From: Vulcanimicrobiota bacterium
GTDB lineage: Bacteria > Vulcanimicrobiota > Vulcanimicrobiia > Vulcanimicrobiales > Vulcanimicrobiaceae
Direction: 5' to 3'
Assembly: GCA_963833095.1 (NCBI GenBank)
Contig: CAWHWQ010000001.1
Coordinates: 736,001 to 800,000, forward strand
DNA: 64,000 nt
In this document: in pieces, positions 8,874 through 18,230 of the stretch
Layout of the letters: each line of letters starts with the position of its first letter
How positions within the stretch are numbered: the stretch's first letter is position 1
Made by a program: the position numbers and the translations under genes
The notes under the pieces: model-generated
The model's database searches: none
What the model was told of the DNA's origin: nothing
What the model saw: the letters and a program-made list of their open reading frames with translations, nothing else

Positions 8874-11800
8874 TCAATGCGCCGGAGCGAGTTCCGGCGC
8901 GGCCGATTGTTCGTCGAGGTGCTCACCGTGTCGAAATACTTCGTCCGACGGCGCGACCCACATGTACACGTTCGGGATCAGGAGTAGCGTGAGCACAAGC
9001 GAGCTAAGCACACCGCCAATGACCACGATGCCGAGGCTCGAACGCGAGATCGAGCCTGGGTCGAGCGCGAGCGCGAGCGGCAGGTTTCCCGCGACAACCG
9101 AAAAGCTGGTCATGACAATCGGGCGGAACCGGGTGTGTGCGCTCTCCAAGATCGCGTCGAGTTTGTTTGTTCCACGCGTTCGAAGTGTGTTGGCATAGTC
9201 CACAATCAGGATCCCGTTCTTCGTCGCAATCCCTATTAAGAGAATCGTCCCAATCAGCGAAAAAAGGTTGAGCGTTCGATGCGTCAGCACGAGTGCCCCG
9301 ACGGCGCCGATTGCGGCCACGGGCACGGAGAAGATGATGATGAACGGGGAGAGGTAGCTGTTGTAGAGCGCCACCATCAGCAAGTAAACAAGAATGACCG
9401 AGATGATCATCGAGGTTCCGATGCCGACCAGCGCCTGATGCATGAAGTCCTGTTGGCCAAGCGGCGCGGGGCGCACGACAATGCTCGGGGGCAGGTGAAG
9501 CGACGGAATCTTTTTCATGAGCGCATTTTCGACACTCGACAACGACGAGTCGGGTGCAACGTTCGAGTCGACGTGAATGACGGTATTTCGGTCGGTGCGC
9601 GTCATCAGCGGCGGGGTTGGTGTGGATTCAAAGGTCGCGATATCGCCGAGATAGACAATCGAGCCATTCGAGGCGCGAATCGGCACGTTGCGCAGCAAAT
9701 CGAGATTGGTCTGGTCCTGGGGCGGATAGATGACCTGCACTTGTTCGAGGCCCGACGTCGTTTCGAATTGCGTCGCGACGTTGCCGCCGAACGCTGCGCC
9801 TGCGGCTTGCGCCGCCTGACCCACGTCGACACCTAATGCCTGGGCCTTCGCGCGATTGAAGATGATCGAAATCTCGGGCGTAAGCGCCGCGCCGCTGCTG
9901 TTGACGCTGGTCGCGCCTTTGACGCTCTTGAGTGCGTCGAGCACTTTCTGCGCGTAGGGCGTCGGATCGCCGCCGGTCACGTCAGTGACGAGAAAGTCCA
10001 CCGGCTGCGCATTGCCGCCGCCCGTACCCGTCGAGGGCACGACCACCACGGAGACGTTCGAAGGGAACGAACCTTTCGCAAGTTTTTGGAACTCGGACAC
10101 CCAGTACGAGGTCGGGTGCTTACGGTTGTCTTTGAGCCAGACGTGCACCTGACCGGCGTTCTGCTGCGAAACAAATCCGCCGAAGGACGCCGCGTACGCG
10201 CCGGCGACCGCCGTGTTCGCGAAGATGTCGGAGAACCCGAGAATTTTTTTCTCGAAAGCGAAGATGCCGGTCTCGACCGTAGTCAGCGGCGTTCCGATCG
10301 GGTAGGCAACTTGAATGAAAATCTCGCCCCGGTCGGTCGCCGGAATGAACTCCTCACCGACGACGCCGAGCGGGATCATGGCAATCGCGAGCACGAAGGT
10401 CGCAAGACAGAAGATGGCTACGAGTTTGCCGTGGTTCAGGCCCCACGGCAGCGCGCGCTTCGTGTACCACGAGCGCAGCGCGTCGAAGCGCTCGCCGAAC
10501 CAGTCCACCGCTTTCCACGCCTTCCAGTGCGACTTGAGCGCCCACAGTCCGGCTAGGGTCGGCGTGATTGTGAATGAGACGAAGAGCGACGTCAAGGTCG
10601 AGATCACAACGACGATCGCAAATTCCGACAGTTGGCGCCCGACTTGCCCTTGAATGAAGGCGATCGGGAAAAATACGACCACGTCGACCAGGGTGATGAC
10701 GATTGCCGCGGCTCCGATCTCTTCGCGACCACTGACCGCCGCGTCTTCGGCCTTCTGCTTGAGCTCGGTGAAGTGACGCTCGATATTCTCGAGCACGACC
10801 GTCGAATCGTCGACGAGAATGCCGATCACGAGCGACATGCCCAGCAACGAGTCGGTGTCGAGCGTAAGACCCATCAGCTTCATCACGGTCATCGCGATTG
10901 CGAGCGACGTCGGAATCGACACGCAGACGACGATGGCGCTACGCCACGAGCGCAAGAAGAACACCATCGCTAGACCGGTAAGTAACACGGCTTCAGCAAG
11001 GGTGCGGACCACGATGTCGATCTGCTGTTCCGTGAACTCGGACTGCACGTGGATGACGCGAAATGAGATCTCCGGGAACTGCCGTTCGACCTTGGGCAGT
11101 GCGGCGATCACGGCGTTAGAAGCGTCAACCTCACTTGCTTGCGAGGTCTTTTGCATCTGTAAGAAGAGGCCGGGCTTCCCGCTGATGTGCGCGACCTGGA
11201 GCCGCGGTTCATAGCCCGATGTGACCGTCGCGACGTCGCCGATGCGCACAACGGAATTGCTGGCCGTCCAGGGATTGACTTGGCCAGGCAAACTCGAAAC
11301 GCCGCCGCTGATGTTTTCGACCTGTCCCGGCAGCTGGTTGGTTTGCGAGGACGCGCCCGAGACGATGATCGGGAGATTGCGCACATTATCGAGCGTGGTT
11401 ATATCGCCGCGGACGTCGATGGTGGTCTGGCGGTTCGCCTCGTAGGCAAACCCGCCCGGAACGCGCGCATTGTCCGTTGAGACCGTATTGATGACGTCGT
11501 TCAGCGTCAAATTCGCAGCCGCCAACTTTACTGGGTCGACCTGAATTTCGTATGCCGGCGTGACGAGGCCGCCGACGTTGGCGAACGAAATGCCCGGGAC
11601 TTGCTCGAGTTGCGGCGCGATGACGTTCTGCGCGTAGAGCGCCAATTCGTTGATCGGCAGCTTCTGCGAGTACAACGCGAGCACGACGACCGTCGACTCG
11701 GTCGGATCGTAGAGATTGACCGTCGGCGGCGTTATGTTGGTGGGAAGGAATTTCTCCGAAGCCTGAACGGCCTTGTTCGTAAGCGCAAGATCGGTCGCTG

Positions 11801-12107
11801 TGTCGGACTTGATGTCGAATACCGCGCTGATCGAAGCGGAGCCCTGCTGCACGACCGAGTTGATCGTTTGCAGATCCTGCGTGCCGGCGAGATTCTGCTC
11901 GATCGGCTGCACGATCTCGTCGCGCATCTCCGTTACCGACGCACCGTTGTACTGTACCGAAACGGTGACGGTCGGCTGGCTGACGTCGGGGTAAAGCTCC
12001 TTGACAATGGTGATTGTGCTCATAATGCCCGCAAACGCCATGAGCGCGATGATGACGAAAACGAGCGTCGGCCGTTTGATGAAAAGCCGCGTTAAGCTAA
12101 ATTTCAC
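8874..12107 (-). CDS. RND efflux permease (AcrB/AcrD/AcrF family)
   Basis: GILVDDSTVVLENI, KNGILIVDYAN, RFRPIVMTS motifs; 1077 aa. Confidence 0.95.
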   Translation of the reverse strand: MKFSLTRLFIKRPTLVFVIIALMAFAGIMSTITIVKELYPDVSQPTVTVSVQYNGASVTEMRDEIVQPIEQNLAGTQDLQTINSVVQQGSASISAVFDIKSDTATDLALTNKAVQASEKFLPTNITPPTVNLYDPTESTVVVLALYSQKLPINELALYAQNVIAPQLEQVPGISFANVGGLVTPAYEIQVDPVKLAAANLTLNDVINTVSTDNARVPGGFAYEANRQTTIDVRGDITTLDNVRNLPIIVSGASSQTNQLPGQVENISGGVSSLPGQVNPWTASNSVVRIGDVATVTSGYEPRLQVAHISGKPGLFLQMQKTSQASEVDASNAVIAALPKVERQFPEISFRVIHVQSEFTEQQIDIVVRTLAEAVLLTGLAMVFFLRSWRSAIVVCVSIPTSLAIAMTVMKLMGLTLDTDSLLGMSLVIGILVDDSTVVLENIERHFTELKQKAEDAAVSGREEIGAAAIVITLVDVVVFFPIAFIQGQVGRQLSEFAIVVVISTLTSLFVSFTITPTLAGLWALKSHWKAWKAVDWFGERFDALRSWYTKRALPWGLNHGKLVAIFCLATFVLAIAMIPLGVVGEEFIPATDRGEIFIQVAYPIGTPLTTVETGIFAFEKKILGFSDIFANTAVAGAYAASFGGFVSQQNAGQVHVWLKDNRKHPTSYWVSEFQKLAKGSFPSNVSVVVVPSTGTGGGNAQPVDFLVTDVTGGDPTPYAQKVLDALKSVKGATSVNSSGAALTPEISIIFNRAKAQALGVDVGQAAQAAGAAFGGNVATQFETTSGLEQVQVIYPPQDQTNLDLLRNVPIRASNGSIVYLGDIATFESTPTPPLMTRTDRNTVIHVDSNVAPDSSLSSVENALMKKIPSLHLPPSIVVRPAPLGQQDFMHQALVGIGTSMIISVILVYLLMVALYNSYLSPFIIIFSVPVAAIGAVGALVLTHRTLNLFSLIGTILLIGIATKNGILIVDYANTLRTRGTNKLDAILESAHTRFRPIVMTSFSVVAGNLPLALALDPGSISRSSLGIVVIGGVLSSLVLTLLLIPNVYMWVAPSDEVFRHGEHLDEQSAAPELAPAH

Positions 12108-13318
12108 GGCTTGTATGAAACCTTCTCGCCGTCGCCGACGCTGGCTTGGCCGTTGCTAATGACGCGCGTTCCCGCATTGATTCCGGTCACCACACTGCGG
12201 GTCCCGTCGCTCGCAACTTCGGTTACGCTCACGGTTTTCGCGGTGTTGTCCGTTTGTACGATTTGCACGGCGTCGTGGTTATCATCGGTGAATGCCGTCG
12301 TCGGCACCAGTACGCCGCGCGCAGCCGGTAATGCAACGCTGCCGCTGACGGCCATGCCCGGCCGCAAGACCTCGCCCGGATTCGCCAAGAGCACCTTCAC
12401 CTGGAACTGCGTCGAACCGGGTTGAATCTCGTTGAGCACGCCGATTACCGAGCCGCTGAATTTCTGTTTGCCCGATGCGCCGTCGGTCTGAATGGTCGCG
12501 ATCGTTCCACTGCGAATGCCGGCAACTTGATCCGTCGAGCCGCGCAAAATCGCATAGATCGGCGAGACCTGCTGCAGGGTAAAGATCTGACGCGTGCCCG
12601 GATACTCGCCGGGATTGAGGTTGCGATTGACGACGACGCCGTTGATCGGTGAAACGATCGTCGCTTTCGAAATCGACACGCGAATTTGCTCCGCCTGCGC
12701 GAGCGCGACCGCCTCCTGTGCCTTAGCCTGCGCAACCGACGATTGTTGCAGACCCGGCGCGTTGATATTCGAGCCATTTGCTTGCACGGTTGCTTGTGCG
12801 CTTTGAAGCGTCGCTTGGTCGTTCCGCACGAGGGCGCGGTCGGCTTCAACCTGTTGCTCGGAGACGTATCCTTGGCGCAGGAGCTGCTCGTCTCGATTAT
12901 CGACTCTCTGATCGCGCGCGAGGTTAGCGGCGGCTGAATTCAAGCCTTGACTGCCCTGCGTGATCAACTCGTTGCCGGAGTAGACCGTGTGCGCCGTGTT
13001 GGCTGCGTCGCTCTGCGCGGTTGCAATGTCAGACTGCAGTTGGGCTTGCAGATCGGCCGTATCGAGCTGCGCGAGCACCTCACCCTCGGTGACGTGGTCG
13101 CCCTCCTGGACGTTGACCGAATCGGCCGGCTCGCTCAAGCTGGACTGAATGGCGACGTTTTCGTACGGCGCAATAAGCCCCGACATCGCCGACGAGGGGA
13201 CGAGCGTTCCGGTTTGGGCGATTGCGGTGTCGACGTACGGGGCACTCGCTTGAGCCGCATGCTTGGGGCCGCAAGCGCTGAGCACGGTGACCAGTGCGAG
13301 AAAAACCAGGCGCTTCAC
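12104..13318 (-). CDS. RND periplasmic adaptor subunit, lipoprotein
   Basis: Lipobox LSAC; VQEGDHVTEGEVLAQLD; IVSPINGVV; LRPGM. Confidence 0.92.
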   Translation of the reverse strand: MKRLVFLALVTVLSACGPKHAAQASAPYVDTAIAQTGTLVPSSAMSGLIAPYENVAIQSSLSEPADSVNVQEGDHVTEGEVLAQLDTADLQAQLQSDIATAQSDAANTAHTVYSGNELITQGSQGLNSAAANLARDQRVDNRDEQLLRQGYVSEQQVEADRALVRNDQATLQSAQATVQANGSNINAPGLQQSSVAQAKAQEAVALAQAEQIRVSISKATIVSPINGVVVNRNLNPGEYPGTRQIFTLQQVSPIYAILRGSTDQVAGIRSGTIATIQTDGASGKQKFSGSVIGVLNEIQPGSTQFQVKVLLANPGEVLRPGMAVSGSVALPAARGVLVPTTAFTDDNHDAVQIVQTDNTAKTVSVTEVASDGTRSVVTGINAGTRVISNGQASVGDGEKVSYKP

Positions 13319-13326
13319 GTTACCGG

Positions 13327-14307
13327 CTACCTCTGGCTATCCGCCGGCATGGGAAGACCCGCCCGGTCGCGCGCGATCCCCAAATAGAGTCGCGTGACTT
13401 CATTGTAATTCTGCACTCCAGATGCGACGTGATTGGTTTTGAGATACGTGTTATAGGTTCGCCATGAAAACGTGGCGAGAGAAATATTGATGTGGCTCCG
13501 GTTGCGCTCGCGGATCCTCTCGAAATCCTGCCATACCTGCGGGACGAACGTCGCCTTGGAATAACGCGCTTGCGGGGGCAGGTAAAGGAAGAGCTCGAGC
13601 CAGCCCGAGTACTGGACCACCGGACTATTAGAGCGAGTGCAGCTGACAATTGCCAGAAAATTGGCTTCATCTTCCCTGGCATACCCAGCCACATGGCTCC
13701 ACTCGTGGGCCAAGTCGAACGGGCGCTCAAACCACAGCAGGTCGCTGGCTAGATGGACATCGAGCGCCAGCGGGTTGATGTAGCCGCTCGTTCCGGTGGC
13801 CGCCATGAACGGGTCCGCGAGGGTCGGCTTAGGAGCGCCGGTGAGCGGCGTCCACCGGTCGCCCCCGGCTTGCACGACCGGGAGCCAGTTAGCGTAGAGG
13901 CCCGGCAAATCGAACGGGGTCGTGGCTTTCGCGTGGGCCAGCGGTGCCAGACGATTCATCTGCGCAATCGCTCGGGCGCGCAGCGCGTCAACCGCGCGCG
14001 GCGTGATGCGCGATTGGTCGTATGCGGTGCGCGCTTCGATCGGTGCACGATCGTAGTTCCAACCCCAACCGGCTTCGAACCAGACGGCGTAGAAAGCAAC
14101 GACGGCGAGCGCACCGAGCCAATCGCGCCGCACAAGCCGCCACGCGATGAGGCCCGCTCCCGCGAGCACCACGATGTCGCCGAGCGACCACGGTAAGGCC
14201 GAACTGATGGGAAAGAGCAGGTGCTCCCAATACGGATAGGCACCGTTGACGTAGACGTGCTCGACCCACAACGAAGAAGGCCGCCAGAGTAATGCTGCGA
14301 CGCCCAA
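13327..14307 (-). CDS. DUF3810-like membrane zinc-metallopeptidase-like protein
   Basis: WGWNYDR, SGYINPL, AHEWSHVAGYAREDEANF (HEXXH). Confidence 0.8.
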   Translation of the reverse strand: MGVAALLWRPSSLWVEHVYVNGAYPYWEHLLFPISSALPWSLGDIVVLAGAGLIAWRLVRRDWLGALAVVAFYAVWFEAGWGWNYDRAPIEARTAYDQSRITPRAVDALRARAIAQMNRLAPLAHAKATTPFDLPGLYANWLPVVQAGGDRWTPLTGAPKPTLADPFMAATGTSGYINPLALDVHLASDLLWFERPFDLAHEWSHVAGYAREDEANFLAIVSCTRSNSPVVQYSGWLELFLYLPPQARYSKATFVPQVWQDFERIRERNRSHINISLATFSWRTYNTYLKTNHVASGVQNYNEVTRLYLGIARDRAGLPMPADSQR

Positions 14308-14370
14308 GGCAATAGCTACGAGGGCGGATAGGCCGAAGCCGAACGTGACGGATTCGCGGAGCGGAATCGT

Positions 14371-14763
14371 CTATCGTTTGCTAAACTGGAAGCGCTTGCG
14401 TGCGCGCTTGCGGCCGTACTTCTTCGATTCCTTTTCACGCGGATCGCGCGTGAGGAAACCGTTCTTGCGTAACACGTCGCGGAAAGACGGGTCCATCTCG
14501 AGGAGCGCGCGCGCGATACCGTGGCGCACCGCACCGGCTTGTCCGGTCACGCCGCCGCCTTGCGCTTTGACGATGACGTCAAAGCGGCCGCCGCTCTGCG
14601 TCGCCTCGAACGGCTGACGCACGATCTGCTGCAACTGCGGGCGCGGGAAATATTCCTCGATCGGCTTCTTATTAACCGTGATGACGCCCTGACCCAGCAC
14701 GAGCTTTACACGCGCGATGGCGCGTTTGCGACGACCGGTGGCCTGAATTTGGGTGCTATCCAC
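14371..14763 (-). CDS. rpsI: 30S ribosomal protein S9
   Basis: [38 protein letters not shown]. Confidence 0.98.
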   Translation of the reverse strand: MDSTQIQATGRRKRAIARVKLVLGQGVITVNKKPIEEYFPRPQLQQIVRQPFEATQSGGRFDVIVKAQGGGVTGQAGAVRHGIARALLEMDPSFRDVLRKNGFLTRDPREKESKKYGRKRARKRFQFSKR

Positions 14764-14771
14764 GTATGCTC

Positions 14772-15197
14772 CTAAAACAGCGGCTGCGGCTTTTGCGGCT
14801 CGTGCGGATGTTCCGCACCAGCGTAAACTTTGAGGCGGCGCAATTGCACGTCGCGCATCTTATTGGTCGGAAGCATGCCGCGCACGGCCTCTTCGATCAA
14901 ACGCTCGGGATGCTTGGCGTGCACGTCGCGAGCAGTCTGCTCTTTGAGTCCACCGGGGAAACCGCTGTGACGGCGATAGATCTTCGCGTCCCACTTCTTG
15001 CCGCTGAGTTCAATCTTCTCGGCATTGATCACGACCACGTGATCGCCGTTGTCGATGTGGGGTGTCCACGTCGGCTTGTGTTTTCCGGAGAGCGCGCGCG
15101 CAATACGCACGGCGAGCGTGCCCAGGCGCTGCCCGGCCGCGTTGACGATGTACCAGTCGGCTTTCGTCTCTGCCGTCTTTTGCAAAGTGGTTCGCAT
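14772..15197 (-). CDS. rplM: 50S ribosomal protein L13
   Basis: [46 protein letters not shown]. Confidence 0.98.
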   Translation of the reverse strand: MRTTLQKTAETKADWYIVNAAGQRLGTLAVRIARALSGKHKPTWTPHIDNGDHVVVINAEKIELSGKKWDAKIYRRHSGFPGGLKEQTARDVHAKHPERLIEEAVRGMLPTNKMRDVQLRRLKVYAGAEHPHEPQKPQPLF

Positions 15198-15222
15198 AAA
15201 AATCCTCGTGATGAACTTCCGC

Positions 15223-15251
15223 ATCTTAACTGCCTGCCGCCGTGCCGTCAA
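15223..15251 (-). promoter_or_regulatory. Sigma70-type promoter of rplM-rpsI
   Basis: Minus strand TTGACG-N17-TAAGAT, 25 nt upstream of the rplM ATG. Confidence 0.7.
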
Positions 15252-15275
15252 GCGATTTTCGCCGATACTTTTTAC

Positions 15276-15305
15276 TTGAGCATTACTTGACTACTCAAGT
15301 ATACT
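15276..15305 (+). promoter_or_regulatory. MarR promoter with overlapping palindromic operator, probably leaderless
   Basis: TTGAGC-N18-TATACT ending 6 nt before ATG 15312; perfect inverted repeat TACTTGA-CTAC-TCAAGTA at 15284-15301. Confidence 0.7.
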
Positions 15306-15311
15306 GAACGC

Positions 15312-15716
15312 ATGCCAACCGACTCCGTCGAGACCCTGCTCGCCCTTGCCGCCGCCTACGCCCGGGCTGTCCGGGTGCTGGAGGTCCGCGGCCTGAGCTT
15401 CGCCGAGCTGCGCTTGCTCGTGCCGCTGCTCGCCGCCGACGGCGGACGCCGGCCCACCGAACTCGCCCATGAGCTGCACCTGACGGCCTCGGGGGTGACC
15501 CGCGCCTTGCTGCCGCTGGAGCGGCGCGGGATCGTGGAGCGGCACAGGGACCTAAGCGACGCCCGGGCCTCGCTTGCGCTACTGACCCCAGCCGGCCGGA
15601 CGCTGGTTGAGGAGGCGCTCGAAGACGCCGGAGAACGCGCGAGCCGGCTGCTGCGCCGGCTCAACGTCGGTCAATCAAAACAACTCCAACGTCTGCTCGA
15701 CGAGGTCGGGCGTTAA
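15312..15716 (+). CDS. MarR-family transcriptional regulator
   Basis: ELAHELHLTASGVTRALLPLERRGIVER..D.RASLALLTPAG winged HTH. Confidence 0.92.
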   Translation: MPTDSVETLLALAAAYARAVRVLEVRGLSFAELRLLVPLLAADGGRRPTELAHELHLTASGVTRALLPLERRGIVERHRDLSDARASLALLTPAGRTLVEEALEDAGERASRLLRRLNVGQSKQLQRLLDEVGR

Positions 15717-15728
15717 CGCGCAAAATCA

Positions 15729-16062
15729 TTAGCCCTTCTCGATTGAGAAACGAATCGCACTTGCAGCGGGTGCCGGGTTTTGGACCAGAAGGTCGTCCAC
15801 CCAATACCGATCGACCCAAGAGATGATGCCGGCGGGGGCAAACGCAAGGCATCATGTGCACTGTCGCGCCATCTTCGTCGTCGTAAAAGACCGTCAAAGT
15901 GTCCGGCAACCCCTCAATCAGCACAGCGTCTTTAAGCTCAGAGAAGGTCGCGTGCTCTTGAGACTCGCTGAGCACGCTGACCCTTCGCAGTTGATCTCCG
16001 AGCCTTTCACGGTCAGACTCTCGGACATAATGCGAAAACCGCAGGTACGCCGAGATTTCCAC
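15729..16062 (-). pseudogene. Immunity-like protein (DUF6984-like), frameshifted paralog of 17184-17540
   Basis: Aligns with the 17184 paralog. An extra G at ~15848 (AACGCAAGGCATC vs AACGCAAGCATC) shifts the frame; the corrected frame reads MMLAFAPAGIISWVDRYWVDD...IRFSIEKG* (TAA at 15729). Confidence 0.7.
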
Positions 16063-16065
16063 GCC

Positions 16066-16392
16066 TTAGTTGCCCTTCTCAGCCATGCCGGACGGTGGAA
16101 ACCGCAACGGCGCGCCCGGCGGGGGCGGCCATAAGGCAATCACCTCCATGTCAAAGCGAAATCGTTCCGCCCAAGACAAAAGACCGCCAACGAAATGAAC
16201 CAGGACGTTGACGTCGGTCCCGTCTGCGTCCGCATAGTTGGCATCGATGATGTCTACGGAAATGCGCAAGCCATCTGGATAAGGCCACGCAAACCTAAAC
16301 GTATCATGTTCACTGTCCAGAACGGCCAGCTCGGCCTGCGCGAGCTGCGATTCGAAATCGGCGCGATCACCCGGCGGCAGCGCAATCGCCAA
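16066..16392 (-). CDS. Immunity-like protein (DUF6984-like), divergent family member; start uncertain
   Basis: FESQL, YADADGTDVNVLVHFVGGLLSWAERF matches the YDDEDG.V.M.L....G.ISW.DR pattern of its neighbours. Confidence 0.6.
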   Translation of the reverse strand: MAIALPPGDRADFESQLAQAELAVLDSEHDTFRFAWPYPDGLRISVDIIDANYADADGTDVNVLVHFVGGLLSWAERFRFDMEVIALWPPPPGAPLRFPPSGMAEKGN

Positions 16393-16432
16393 TCGCTGGT
16401 AGAATGCGCGTACGGCGGCATCGTATGACGCT

Positions 16433-16998
16433 CTACGTGGGGCAGTTGGGGAAAAGCGGCAAGTACGCTGTGCCGACTAAATACAGGTCCACATTAGCTA
16501 TCCCCAGCAGATACTCGCCGAAGTTCCTACCACCGGATCACCGGCCTGCTCGCAGTGGTAAATGTTGAAATTGTTGGTAATGGCTTGGTCAACTTGCGCA
16601 TTCGTAGAGCCGGTAAGGTAACACGCCAAATGTGTGGGCCAGAAATGACTGTCGTTAAACTTAAGGAACGCGTAGCTCCCGAAGACGGACCAGCTGCCCC
16701 AATTCGGATACAAAGCGATGTTTGTGCCAATGTCTTCGCAGCCATCTGAAAAGTAGAGGTAACCGGCGCCGCACGAGCCTTGCGTTCCGTATGGGGTATG
16801 CGGAGTCGACGATCCGCCCCCGCTGCAAATCCATCCGCCTCTTCCGTTTCCGACGCAGAGAGACTCGGGGTGCACGCGGGGATCCTTGATCCCGGTTCGG
16901 TAGTCGTTGACGATTGGAGAGGTTCCCTGTCCGTTGCACGACACCAAAACAGCCGCGACCACAAGAGAGATCAGGATTCGAGTAGCCGTCTTTTTCAT
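16433..16998 (-). CDS. Lipoprotein with putative C-terminal toxin domain, copy A; 0-frame stops at 16498, -1 frame continues to 16433
   Basis: Lipobox LVSC; HFWPTHL...QVDQAITNNF; -1 frame tail EYLLGIANVDLYLVGTAYLPLFPNCPT*. Confidence 0.6.
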
Positions 16999-17083
16999 CT
17001 CGCACACACCACGACGCCCGAGAGGCGCCCCCCGTACAATAAGACTAACATCCCCATTTTCAACAAACAATACGGCGCTTCGA

Positions 17084-17134
17084 TCAATTCAGACGAAAGA
17101 CAAATAAGGAATCGCCGATCGCCGTCCCAAGCTG
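17084..17134 (-). repeat. Duplicated 3' end of the PQQ-dehydrogenase gene (edge of a tandem duplication)
   Basis: Encodes QLGTAIGDSLFVFRLN* versus QLGTPVGDSLFVFRLN* at 18231-18281; the adjacent intergenic DNA is also homologous (offset ~1147 nt). Confidence 0.85.
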
Positions 17135-17183
17135 TAAACAGCTCCAGCGTTTACTCGACGAAGTCGGGCGTTAGCGCTCGCGA

Positions 17184-17540
17184 TCATTCGCCCTTGATGA
17201 TCGAGAAACGAATCGCACTTGCTGGAGGCGACGAGTTTTTGACACGGCGGTCGTCAACCCGATAGCGATCGATCCAAGAGATGATGCCGGCAGGAGCAAA
17301 CGCAAGCATCATGTGCACTGTACCGCCATCTTCGTCGTCGTAGAAGGCCGTCAAGGTCTCCGGTAGCCCCGCAATCGGCGCAACGTCTTTAAGCTCGGCG
17401 AAACTCGTGTGCTCTGGAGCCTCATTGAGCACCCTGACCCTGCGCAACTGATCCCCGAATCTTTCACGATCAGGCTCTGGGACGTAATGCGAAAATTGCA
17501 GGTACGCCGAGACCTCCTGTTCGGTCAGTAGCCGGGACAG
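17184..17540 (-). CDS. Immunity-like protein (DUF6984-like); start uncertain, possibly CTG at 17540
   Basis: (L)SRLLTEQE...GDQLRRVRV...FYDDEDGGTVHMMLAFAPAGIISWIDRYRVD...PPAS; directly follows the toxin-like gene. Confidence 0.65.
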   Translation of the reverse strand: MSRLLTEQEVSAYLQFSHYVPEPDRERFGDQLRRVRVLNEAPEHTSFAELKDVAPIAGLPETLTAFYDDEDGGTVHMMLAFAPAGIISWIDRYRVDDRRVKNSSPPASAIRFSIIKGE

Positions 17541-18141
17541 TTTGGCCTGCCGGGTATGAATGCGGTTGTCACGACAAAGTACGCGGGCACGGGTGTATTG
17601 ATGACGGTAAATACCCTGTACTTGGTACCGTAATCCCCATATTGCAAGGGTAATCCTTGTAGGTTCCGACAGCCGGAATATTGTTAGCATTCCATTGAGC
17701 ATCAAAATCTTGCGCGACCGCAGCCTCGTACTGATTGGCCGTGCTGCCGGTTAAATAGCACGCCAAATGCGGATTCCAGAAGTGCTCCGTATGAATATTG
17801 AAAACATAGAGAAGGGCAGCAATTATGTTGTTTCCTGTCCACATCGGATAGGTCTGCGCAAATGCCCAGTTATCGTCCTCGCAGCCACTAGAAAAATAAA
17901 GATACCCAACCGCGCACGGGCCTTGCGTTCCATAATAAATGGGTGGGACCGACGATCCGCCCCCGCCGCTGCAGATCCAGCCGCCCCTTCCATTGCCTAC
18001 GCAAAGAGACTCGGGACGCACGCGCGGATCCTTAATTCCGGTTCTGTAATCATTGACAACGGGAGCAGTTCCCTGTCCGTTACACGACACCAAAACAACC
18101 ACAGACAAAAGGGAAATCAGGATTCGAGCTGCCGTCTTCAT
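17525..18141 (-). CDS. Lipoprotein with putative C-terminal toxin domain, copy B; 0-frame stops at 17569, -1 frame continues to 17525
   Basis: Lipobox LVSC; N-terminus nearly identical to copy A; HFWNPHL...YEAAVAQDF; -1 frame tail YGTKYRVFTVINTPVPAYFVVTTAFIPGRPNCPGY*. Confidence 0.6.
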
Positions 18142-18230
18142 CTCATCCACTCCGCAACGCCAAAAAAGAGGGGCGTCCACATGCAACAAGACTAGCATCC
18201 GCATTCCGGGCAAGCAATACAGCGCTATGA

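Noticed and set aside
8874..13318. RND pump lacking an adjacent outer-membrane factor
   Set aside because: Common arrangement; the channel is often encoded elsewhere
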